DNA of 64,000 nucleotides, from positions 682,001-746,000 of the forward strand of contig NC_081393.1 of the NCBI RefSeq assembly GCF_030684315.1, in the 5' to 3' direction. Source of the stretch: Stegostoma tigrinum. Taxonomy: Eukaryota. Position 1 is the first letter of the stretch. Every line of letters starts with the position of its first letter. Below are positions 51,772 through 62,586 of this stretch, piece by piece. The notes below the pieces were generated by a model that was given only the letters and a program-made list of their open reading frames with translations, did no database searches and was not told where the DNA came from. Made by a program: the position numbers and the translations under genes.

Positions 51772-54700
51772 CTGCAAGGGGAGACAGAATGGCCAAGTGA
51801 ATGGTCTGATTCTGCTGTGGTGCCAGGCTCAATAAACTTGGAATGTTGACATGTGGGAGCACAGAATTTACCTACAAACCAGCCATCGTCGCATTTCTCC
51901 ATCACATCGACAAGGTCACCTTCCATCAGTTCCAGCTCATCGGCATTCACTGGACGGTAGTTATACAGTGCCCGGTAACTGTGACACAGAGACAATTCAG
52001 TCACACCATATCAGCTCAGCACCTCTTCTCCCAGAGAAATCCCATGCCCAGCTCCTCCATCCTCAGAGAACTGTCACTCCTTCAGGATCAGCCCATCTAT
52101 ATAATCCCTGCTAACAGAGTGGAGAACAGTGCCCCAGCCTGGGCTCTTGGAATGAGATCCGGCCCCTCCCCCCAGACAGTGGGATTGGATTTTCATCCCA
52201 ATCTACACCTCGAACGCTGATGCAGACCTTACCAGGTATGATACCCTTGTTATTCCCTCTGATGCCATCTGATCCCACTCCCCAAAGGCGGAGTGAATGG
52301 GTTAGAGTTACTCACGGACTCCAGCTTTCAGCAATCCCAGTTCCGGTATTTCCCATCTGGTATCCTACAACCTTTGTGGGAATTCTGTGAGACTGCAGTC
52401 TGGGGTTAGCATGCACCTGAAATGGTCCAATCAACAGAGGAGAAAGAGTTGAGTTTGAGTAGCAGTAGGGTCAATGATGTCCTGACTCCACCTGAGTGCC
52501 TGTGGGGGAATACGGAGTACAGCATTTGGACCCAACCAGGGCCAAATCAGTCAAGGCACAGAGACTCCCCATGGAACCACGTGCTGCCACTCTGAGCTAT
52601 CCTTCAGCAGTCTGACCCTGTGCTCTGGAAATGACACTGAAGTTTACCAGTGAAGTTCACGCAGACGTCCCTGCAGAATGCTGAAAAGGGAGGGGTTGGA
52701 AGGTGTGTTTGATGGTGTCATTTTGCTGGAGTGGCAGAAATGGCAGTAGGTGATCCTCTGATTGTGAACACTGGCAGTGTGGGAGGGAGGGGAAAGAGTG
52801 AGGGTAGAAGTGTGGAAAATTGTTGAGACACGGTGAGGGCTCTATCAGTTGTGGCAGGCGGGAATACTTGGTTGAGAGAAAAGAAAGACATGTTGGAGAT
52901 GCCCTTGTTGAAGCAGGCATCATTGGAACAGACAGAGACAGAGAACCTGGGTGAATAGAATAGTGTCCTTACAGGGAACAGTGTGTGAGGAAGGATATTC
53001 AAGGTACATTGCGGGTCAATGGGTTTGCAGTTAATATTAGTGGTCAGTCTATCTCCAGAAACAGAGAAGTCGAGGAAAAGACAAGTGAAAGACAAACCAG
53101 GTGAATCTGAGGAAAGGAAGTAAATTGGAAGCAAAAGCTGACTTTTTTTCTAATTCCAGATGACAGTAGCAAGCAGCATTGATGACATCATTGAAATACC
53201 AGAGAAAGAGTTGGGATGGGAGCTCGAGTATGATTAGAACAAGGAATGTTCCACATTCCCCACAAAGATACAACTGGGAGCCATGCGGATACCTATGGCA
53301 GTACCTTCAACTCAGAGAGAAGTGAGATCATGTAAAGGAGAAGTTGTTTAGAATGAGAACAAGCTCGGCCAGGTGAAGGAGGGTGGCGCCGGATAGAGAC
53401 TCTTCAAACTCTTTTGGAAGAAGTGGAGAACCTTCAGGCCATCCTGATAGAGGGTCGTGGTGGGGAACGTGGCAGTTGGGCTCGGCAGGAACTGAGGTTG
53501 GGGGGGGGGGGGCGCGAAGTGTGGGGATTGCAGAGGACGTGGCTAGGATCAGTAAGCTACAAACTGTGGAACCGCCACAAAATGTCAGAAAAATCACAGA
53601 CATAACTGGGGAGAGACTGGACAAGGAGGGAAACGTTGAGATGAGAAAAGAAGCTCAGTGGGGGCTGGAACAGGCTGAAAGAATTCAGCAAGGGCAGTCC
53701 AGTTTGTAGATGTTGGAAATAAGATGGTAAAAGTTTGGTCAGTCCAGCTTTCTCCCTGGGAAGAAACGTGTTTATCCCCTCTCTGAAATAGAAAATTATT
53801 TGGAAGGTCCTTCAACTTCAATTCTGGCTTTTCATGGAACATTCCAGAGTGGATTCAAATCTATTTCGTACATTTCTTCTCAGGACTGTCATCTCCTCCA
53901 GCACAACAAGCACTCCTCGAACAGTGGCTTCCGGTGCAATCCTAAACTGAATCACACCCCATTGCTCGCTGCGCCTTCAGTTCCCTCACCTTCAAGCTCT
54001 GGGATTCCCTCCCTGTACTTCTCTACCTTGCTTTCTGCTTTTAAAGACACTCCTTAAAACTGACCCATTTCACTGAGGGTTTAGTCATCTGTTCCTCATA
54101 ATCGCTTTGAATGGCTAAAATTTGTATTTTGTTTTAGAATGCTCCTTGGGACATCTTGCAACATGAAGGCTTTGTATCAATTGTGATTAAGAACCATAAA
54201 TATGTGGAAATTTGGGTTCTAAAGTAGAGAAATGATGTGTAGCTTTAATTTGACTTGTATGTCTATATCGCGTGTATTAAGAAGGCCATTAAGTAGCCAT
54301 GATTTCATTTTATATTTGTTATGAGATGTCTGAAGTTTGTGGATATATATATTTTGTGAGGGTTTACAGTCTTGGATAGAGCCTGAGGTGAGTAGTTCAG
54401 TGTATGAGAGAATAAAAAGGTCAAGACCATAAGACATAGGAGTGGAAGTAAGGTCATTCGACCCATCAAGTCCACTCCACCATTTAAATCATGGCTGATG
54501 GGCATTTCAACTCCACTTCCCTGCACTCTCCCCGTAGCCCTTGATTCCTTGCGAGATCAAGAATTTGTCAATCTCTGCCTTGAAGGCATCTAACGTCCCA
54601 GCCTCCACTGCACTCCATGGCAATGAATTCCACAAGCCCACCACTCTCTGGCTGAAGAAATGTCCTCTCATTTCAGTTTCAAATTTACTCCCTCTAATTT

Positions 54701-57700
54701 TAAGGCTGTGCCCACAGGTCCTAGTCTCCCCGCCTAACAGAAACAACTTCCTAGCGTCCACCCCTTCTAAGCCATACATTATCTTGTAAGTTTCTATTAG
54801 ATCTCCCCTCAACCTTCTAAACTCTAATGAGTACAATCCCAGGATCCTTAGCTGTTCATCATACATTAAACATACCATTCCAGGGATCATCCATGTGAAT
54901 ATCTGCTGGACACGTTCCGGGGCTAGTATGTTCTTCCTGAGGTGTGGGGCCCAAAATTGGACACAGTATTCTAAATGGGGCCTAACTAGAACTTTATAAA
55001 GCCTCAGAAGCACATCGCTGCTTTTATATTCCAACCCTCTTGAGATAAACGACAACATTACATTCGCTTTCTTAATCACGGACTCTACCTGCAAGTTAAC
55101 CTTTAGAGAATCCCGGACCAACACTCCCAGATCCCTTTGTACTTCTGCTTTACGAATTTTCTCACCATTTAGAAAATAGTCCATGCCTGTATTATTTTTT
55201 CCAAAGTGCAAAACCTCACATTTACTCACATTGAATTTCATCAGCCATTTCCTGGGCCACTCTCCTAAACTGTCTAGATCTTTCTGCAGCTTCCCCACCT
55301 CCTCAGTACTACCTGCATGTCCACCTATCCTCGTATTATTGGCAAACTTCGCCAGAATGCCCCCAGTCCCTTCGTCCAGATCATTAATATATAAGGTGAA
55401 CAGCTGCGGCCCCAACACTGAACCCTGCGGGACACCACATGTCACCGGTTGCCATTCTGAAAAAGAGCCTTTCATCCCAACTCTCTCCCTCTGTCAGACA
55501 GCCAATCCTCAATCCAAGCCAGTAGCTCACCTCGAACACCATGGGCCCTCACCTTGCTCAGCAGCCTCCCGTGAGACACCTTATCAAAGGCCTTTTGGAA
55601 GTCTAGATAGATAACATCTACTGGGTTTCCCTGGTCTAACCTACTTGTTACCTCTTCAAAGAATTCTAACAGGTTTGTCAGGCACGACCTCCCCTTACTA
55701 AATCCATGCTGACTTGTTCTAATCTGACTCTGCACTTCCAGGAATTTAGAAATCTCATCCTTGACAATGGATTCTAGAATTTTGCCAACAACCGAAGTTA
55801 GGCTAATCGGCCATAATTTTCCATCTTTTGCCTTGATCCTTTCTTAAACAAGGGGGTTACAACAGCCATTTTCCAATCATCTGGGACTTTCTCAGACTCC
55901 AGTGACTTTTGAAAGATCACGACCAAAGCCTCTGCTATTTCCTCAGCCACCTCCCTCAGAACTCTAGGATGGAGCCCCATCGGGGCCAGGGGATTTATCA
56001 ATTTTTAGACCTTTTAGCTTTTCTAGCACTTTCTCTTTTGTAATGCCTACCATGCTCAACTCTGCCCCCGACTCTCCCTAATTGTTGGCATACTACTCAT
56101 GTCTTCCACTGTGAAGACTGACGCAAAGTACTTATTAAGTTCTTCAGCTATTCCCTTATCTCCCATCACTAGCCTTCCAGCATCAATTTGGAGCGGCCCA
56201 ATATCTACTTTTGCCTCTCGTTTGTTTCTTATGTAGTAAAAGTTACTTTCAATATCATTTCTAATATTACTAGCTAGCCTACCTTCACATTAGATCCTCT
56301 CCTTCCTAACTGCTCTCTTTGTTATCCTCTGTTTGTTTTTGTAGCCTTCCCAATCTTCTGATTTCCCAGTGCTCTTGGCCACTTTATAGGCTGTCTCTTT
56401 TTCTTTGATATATTTCCTGACTTCCATTGTCAGCCGTGGCTGTCTAATCCTACCCCGAATAATCTTTCTTTTCTTTGGGATGAACCTCTGTACTGTGTCC
56501 TCAATTACACCCAGAAACTCCTGCCATTGTTGCTCTACTGTCATCCCCGCTAGGCTCTACTTCCAGTTGATTTTTGTCAATTCCTCTCTCATGCCCCTGT
56601 AATTACCTTTATTTAACTGTAACACCATTACAACCGATTTTGCTTTCTCTCTTTCAAACTGCAGACTGAACTCTATCATATTACAATCGCTCCCTCCTAA
56701 GTGTTCCCTTACTTTAAGGTCTTTTACAATAAACGAACTGCTCTTATCCAGTGACAAGAGCCCAGCAGAAACAGATAGAACAATTCTGGTCAAGCAGTGC
56801 GAGGAGATTCACTCAAAGCAAAAAGGTGGTTTCAGTTCAGCTGTCTCCATCAAGGTCAGGGGGTGGCGTAAACCCCTCAGAGTTTTAAGGGAAAGCAGTC
56901 CAGAAACTGAAAACTGTTGAAGCTGAGGGTATGAAAAGCCTATGTGTTTGCTCTGAATGTGCATAGAAGATAGTGAGAAGGAAGTTCTGGAAACAACACA
57001 CCAATGGGACAAGGAATATTAAAGTGGAGAAATGATAACACTACACCAAGGTTTGAATATTCTGTAAGATAGCTGTTCACTGTAAAAGTGTTGAAAAATT
57101 ATTTATAACAGCTTTTCAAACAGTTCTTGTATTATGTAATTTAGTTGGTGTTTTCTTTTACTTTTTCATATAATTAACATTACTTTTTTTACTTAAAGTA
57201 CATTGGCAGCCTCTTGTGAAGGCATTCAGGGTCTATAAACAAAAAGCAGAAGTAAAACTTATCAAACCAGATCTAATTTCTCCAACTTTACAGAGACTAG
57301 GATGATAACACAACTCAAGTTGTTGCAATTCCTCACCTGGGCAGAAAGCACTGGTTGCAGGTTAGAAGATGCAGTTGCCATGGTTCCTGAGCCTACTGCC
57401 AGCTGACGAGGTGATGACTGGAGCTGCCAGGAGAGAGGGTCAACAGGACCACCTCCATGCTGACTGGTTGACAAATCTGGCACTGCGTGCTGATTGGTGT
57501 TCGATGCTACAACTGTCTGCTGTCTGGTGGTTGGCATTGGTACGGAGTAGTGATTGGCTGGTCGTTTGGTCAACGAAGCTGTGCCCTCCATTTTTGCAGA
57601 GATGGATGAGGTGGGGGAATAATACTGGGCTGGCAGAGTTGAAGAAGTATTGGGGTAATGCTGGGTTACAGGAGTGGGTGAAGTAGTGGGGTAATGCTGG

Positions 57701-58584
57701 GTTGGTAGAGTTAGTGAAGTGTTCAGATATTGCTGGGTAATGGTGGTAGAGGAGGTTTCCAGGTATTGCTGGACTGGGAAAGATGCTGAGCTGATGGGAA
57801 ATAGTTGGGTTTTTGGGAGAGGTTCAGGGAAGGTTTTCAGGTATTGCTGGGCTGGGAGAGATGGTGAGCTGTTGGGAAATGGTTGGGTTTTTGGGAGAGG
57901 GTCAGGGGAAGTTTTCAGGTATTGCTGGGCTGGGAGAGATGCTGAGCTGATGGGAAATGGTTGGGTTTTTGAGAGAGGGTCGGGGGAGGTTTTCAGGTAT
58001 TGCTGGGCTGGGAGGGATGCTGAGCTGATGGGAAATGGTTGGGTTTTTGGGAGAGGTTCAGGAGAGGTTTTCAGGTATTGCTGGGCTGGGAGAGATGCTG
58101 AGCTGTTGGGAAATGGTTGGGTTTTTGGGAGAGGTTCAGGGGAGGTTTTCAGGTATTGCTGGGCTGGGAGAGATGTTGAGCTGTTGGGAAATGGTTGGGT
58201 TTTTGGGAGAGGGTCAAGGGAAGTTTTCAGGTATTGCTGGGCGGGGAGAGATGGTGAGCTGTTGGGAAATGGTTGGGTTTTTGGGAGAGGGTCGGGGGAG
58301 GTTTTCAGGTATTGCTGGGCTGGGAGAGATGCTAAGGTGTTGTCACGAGATAGGGTTGAGGGGCTTGGTGAAATATTGCAATGTTGCTGCATTGGTGAGA
58401 TTGGTGGACTACAGGGGGTCTGCTGACTTTGGGAGATTGGGACTGAGCCAATGGCATTTTTGACTTTAGGACTTTTCACTATTTGTACGTAATTGGCTGG
58501 AAAGATTCCTTGCCGGCTGGTGCCTGTTATTCTTCCCTCGAACCAATTGTCATCGACTCTTCGCATCAATGAGATTATTTCACC
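51710..58584 (-). CDS. SORBS3: Vinexin (sorbin and SH3 domain-containing 3), last four coding exons
   Basis: Exons 58584-57337, 52416-52316, 51978-51872 and 51771-51710 splice in frame. SH3-2: [36 protein letters not shown]3-3: [58 protein letters not shown]. Adjacency to PDLIM2 favours SORBS3 over SORBS1/2. Confidence 0.9.
51872..51978 (-). CDS. SORBS3: SORBS3 SH3-3 exon
   Basis: gtcacag|[35 protein letters not shown]|gtaaat. Confidence 0.95.
52316..52416 (-). CDS. SORBS3: SORBS3 linker exon
   Basis: atttcag|[33 protein letters not shown](P)|gtgagt; resembles the human exon ending WTP. Confidence 0.8.
52655..53500 (-). mobile_element. Degenerate Penelope-like reverse transcriptase relic
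   Basis: Broken frames give [28 protein letters not shown] and [19 protein letters not shown], which match PLE RT motifs. Confidence 0.75.
54425..56722 (-). mobile_element. CR1-clade LINE, 5'-truncated
   Basis: RT motifs [34 protein letters not shown], spread over several frameshifted ORFs. Confidence 0.95.
57337..58584 (-). CDS. SORBS3: SORBS3 large exon: SH3-2 C-terminal half plus repeat-expanded linker
   Basis: gtgtcag|GEIISL... open for 416 codons to ...LSAQ|gtgagg. Confidence 0.82.
57762..58333. repeat. 78-bp coding tandem repeat (about 7 copies) within the SORBS3 exon
   Basis: gtattgctgg recurs every 78 bp (57841 to 58231 is 5 x 78); unit [26 protein letters not shown]. Confidence 0.95.
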
Positions 58585-59814
58585 CTGACACACAAAACAA
58601 ATAATCAGATGAGGAGTTCTTGACTGGGGTGAAATATTGCCCAACTCCAACGCCAACTCCGCTCATTTGCTGTACACTCCCTCATCCACATGGTTATCAC
58701 CGCCATAGCTGACAATTCTATTGGTCATTTGGATGGCCTCATGTATTCTGGCCTCTATTAATTCCATTATCCAATAGCCCCGGGTTCAATAACTTGGATT
58801 GCCTTGCAGTTAAGCAATACCTCCACTTGAAAATTCTCATCCCTGTTTTCAAATTGCTCATCGCTTACCATCTCTGGATTCTCCTTCAGCTCTGTAACTT
58901 TCAAGGATCTCTATAGCTTTATGAAGTGTGGCTTCTTGCATATTCCCAGTTTCCATTGCTCTATCCTCAGCGTCATGACTTCAGCTGCCTGGTTCCTAAA
59001 ACTCTCCACACCTCTATTTCCCTCCTCACCTTTAACAGACTCCATAAAACCAACCACTTTGATGAAACTCTTATACATCTGTCCTGAAATACCCTGATGT
59101 GACTTAGTGCCAAAACCTTTCCTTGATAACTGCTCCTGGGAAGTTGGGTAGTTTTACAAAATTAAAGGTAGTATGTACATTTGCCATTGTAATTGTTGAT
59201 GATCCTACAAGATGCTGTGATCGGTTGCATCCAGAAACATGGACAATCCTCAAACTAGAATTCACTTTAATCTTCAGAAACTGGGATTATTTGATAGGTG
59301 TCTTGAAATTTATGAAAAGATGTTGAAAGGATTAAAGGGAAGTAGAAAAGGATCTTGTGGAGAGATGGAGACTCAAAACAGAAATACAAGTGAGTCACAA
59401 AGAAATCTATTGGGGGAAGAGACAGGGATGTACTCGTTTAGAGCAGAGACACTGGGAGGAATCAGTTCGGCTGAATATGTTGTGACAGTGCTGTCTATAT
59501 TAATGATGCCTGCAATAAGATGGACATTCTGCTAACACTAGTTAAATATGATTCCTCAACATGGATCACTCTGTCAATGTGGTTACCGTCCAGGCTCGAA
59601 CTACAGTCGCAGGTCAACTTTTTGAACTTTCCAACTTTCTCCTCAACCAAATTTCTCACCAGGCCCTGCACATCTGCATCAATTCCTTTCCAGCCCAGTA
59701 TTCAAAGGCCAGGCCCAGGCTGTGCAGAGTTTTGCCCTTGTCCTTGGCTCACTTCCGTCCTGAACAAAGCTCTCCTAAAGTGATGCTTTCCATGTTCTGG
59801 ACAGCCTTGTGTTA

Positions 59815-62430
59815 AGCATCGCCGTGTATGACTCACATTCACACAGAAATCTCTGGGATATTTGCTGTGGAAGACAACAGTGGGTGTGATTGGCAAGCCT
59901 GTTTTTTCAGGGCCCCTGCTCAGCCAACTTTCTGTTTCTGTTTCTGCTTACCCCTTCCCCTGACCCTCAGTTGGCAGTGTCAATGTCCTTGCTTGCAGGT
60001 GTCCTTGAGCCAGAGGTCTGGCTGCCAAGATGGTGGGACCCAATGGTCAGCTCACTATAAGAAAAACCAGCTAGTATACAGTGAATGGGTCCCAACCACT
60101 ATAGATCTTATTGGCTTAGCTTATGTCAGTGATCTTGTCTGGCTAAGACAGGCCAAGGGTTTCTGAGACACAGAAGGTGGAAACAGCTCATCCTTTTGCT
60201 GATGACACTAAGATTGGTGGAGTAGCAGACAGTGAAGGGGACTGTCAGAGATTACAGCAGAATATAGATAGATTGGAGAGTTGGGCAGTTAAATGGCAGA
60301 TGGCGTTCAATCCAGGCAAATGTGAGGTGATGCATTTTGGAAGATCTAATTCACGAGCAAATTATACAATAAATGGACAAGTCTTGGGGAAAATTGATGA
60401 ATAGAGAGATAGGGGTGTTCGGGTCCATTGTTCCCTGAAGGTGACAACACGGGTCAATAGGGTGGTCAAGAAGGCATACGGCATGCTTTCCTTCATTGGA
60501 CGGGGTATTGAGTACAAGAGTTGGCAGGTCATGTTGCAGTTGTATAAGACTTTGGTTCGGCCACATTTGGAGTACTGTGTGCAGTTCTAGTCGCCACATT
60601 ACCAAAAGGATGTGGATGCTTTGGAGAGGGTGCAGAGGAGGTTCACCAGGATGTTGCCTGGTATGGAGGGTGCTAGCTATGAAGAGAGGTTGAGTAGATT
60701 AGGATTATTTTCATTAGAAAGACGGAGATTGAGGGAGGACCTGATTGAGATCTATAAAATCATGAGGGGTATAGACAGGGTGTATAGCAAAAAGCTTTTT
60801 CCCAGAGTAGGGGATTCAATTACTAGGGGTCATGAGTTCAAGGTGAGAGGAAGAAAGTTTAAGGGAGATATGCGTGGAAAGTTCTTTACACAGAGGGTGG
60901 TGGGTGCCAGGAACGTGTTGCCAGTGGAGATGGTAGATGCAGACACGATAGTGTCTTTTAAGATGTATCTGGACAGATACACGGATGGGCAGGGAGCAAA
61001 GGGGTACAGACCCTTAGAAAATAGATGACAGGTTTAGACAGAGGATCTCGATCGATCGACACAGACTTGGAGGGCTGAGGGGCCTGTTCCTGTCCTGTAA
61101 TTTTCTTTGTTCTTTTCTCCTACCAAACATATGGTTCCCAGGCCTCACTACTGTAGGAGTGAACTGAGGATAGGCGTTTCGTAGACTCACAGTGTGGTGC
61201 TCTTGATCAAGTTGCTATTAGTCAGCTCAGATGTAGCACTGCAGCTTTTGTGGTACATTTGTTGATTTCAGCATCAGGTGACAGATTGCTGGGAGCTGAA
61301 GAACTGAGAAGGCACTTTGTCAGTATTGATGCGATGAAAGAATGGACTGTGACATTGATCTTCCTGATGTTGGTGGTTGAAGTAAATCCCTTTCCACATG
61401 TGACAGAATTTATCCGTTAGTGCTGAAAATGTTCCTCAGCGTGGGATTGTCAGTGTTAAGCAGCTCATGGATGACAACTTGACACAACTTTGTCCTGTCT
61501 CAAGCAAGCACAACTTTCTGTATCATCAGGGAGATATTGTCTGTCGATGAGCTGAAGGCACATGAGAGCAGCAAAGAGAAAAATATGCCAAGGAATGTCA
61601 GTGTCAGAACATAGACCTGTTTGACTGCAGCACAGACTCGAAGTTTTCCAATGTTGTCCAATCCACCATATTGTTACCGATACAGCAGGTCACAGTGAGG
61701 ACTCCAATGGGCTGCAAATTTTCTCCAGCTATTCAAATAGACCACCTCTCTCCACGTTTGTGTGCCTTAGTGAGATTGATGAAGGTAATATATCATTGCT
61801 TCCTTTGTTCAAAACATTTCTGTCGCAGCTGTTAGACTGAGATGACCATGTCAATTGGACATCTTCTCATTCTGAAACCACAGGCTGACAAAAATAATGT
61901 GAGCAAGTACTTTTTCCATGATGTGCAGCAGCAGGGAGGTCAGTTGATAGTTGTTGCAAGTCGCTATGGTCACCCTTGTCCTGGGGCAGGGTCACAAACT
62001 TTTCATCACACATTCCTTACGACACTGCCCTCTCCCTGCAGTTCAGACCAGGAAGTTTATGCAGATACTGCGAGATTGCTGGCTTCCCTTCTCCATGAGC
62101 TGTGATGGTGTAGTACCAACTGCTCCACTGTAGCTTTGATATCCATCACAACAGGCAGATTCTCTGTGATGTCTATACAGTTCTCTCCATGATGGTGTTC
62201 TCACTATCGTCTAATGATGGTAGTGTTCGACTCCAGTTTAGAAACGTTGTACAGGCTGGGTCAGTAAGACAATGCGGGCATTGGGAACATTGTCAAAAAT
62301 CTGGCGAAGTGCAGAAAATGCACGACTGCTCCAACACTCACTGAACCTGAAATGGCTCGACTGTAACTTCCTGCTGCCTGAATTAATCTCTCTGCAAATC
62401 TCCACATTCCCACAAGATGGTGCTGAGACA
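59815..62430 (-). mobile_element. Degenerate RTE-clade LINE (split by the CR1 at 60197-61115)
   Basis: Broken minus-strand frames give YITFINLTKA, VKQVYVLTLTFLGIFFSLLL, FHLLCLRN and a terminal SHTRRC, which match RTE ORF motifs. Confidence 0.7.
60197..61115 (+). mobile_element. CR1 LINE 3' fragment nested in an RTE relic
   Basis: Runs from FADDTKIGG to a ttctttgttc tail. Confidence 0.92.
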
Positions 62431-62586
62431 TAGGCCAAGGAAGCCTAAGGGTGAAGGAGAGAGTGAAAGTGTGAGGCAGAGACTGACAGAGAGTGAGAGA
62501 GAGAGAGATAGAGACAGAGAATGATATAGCGCAAGAGGAGAACAGTCATCCCATTATACTTGTGCAAGCTCTGCTCTCTGTCCACA

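Noticed and set aside
57719-58463. Antisense ORFs (235 aa and 142 aa) over the SORBS3 repeat
   Set aside because: Shadow frames of the 78-bp repeat.
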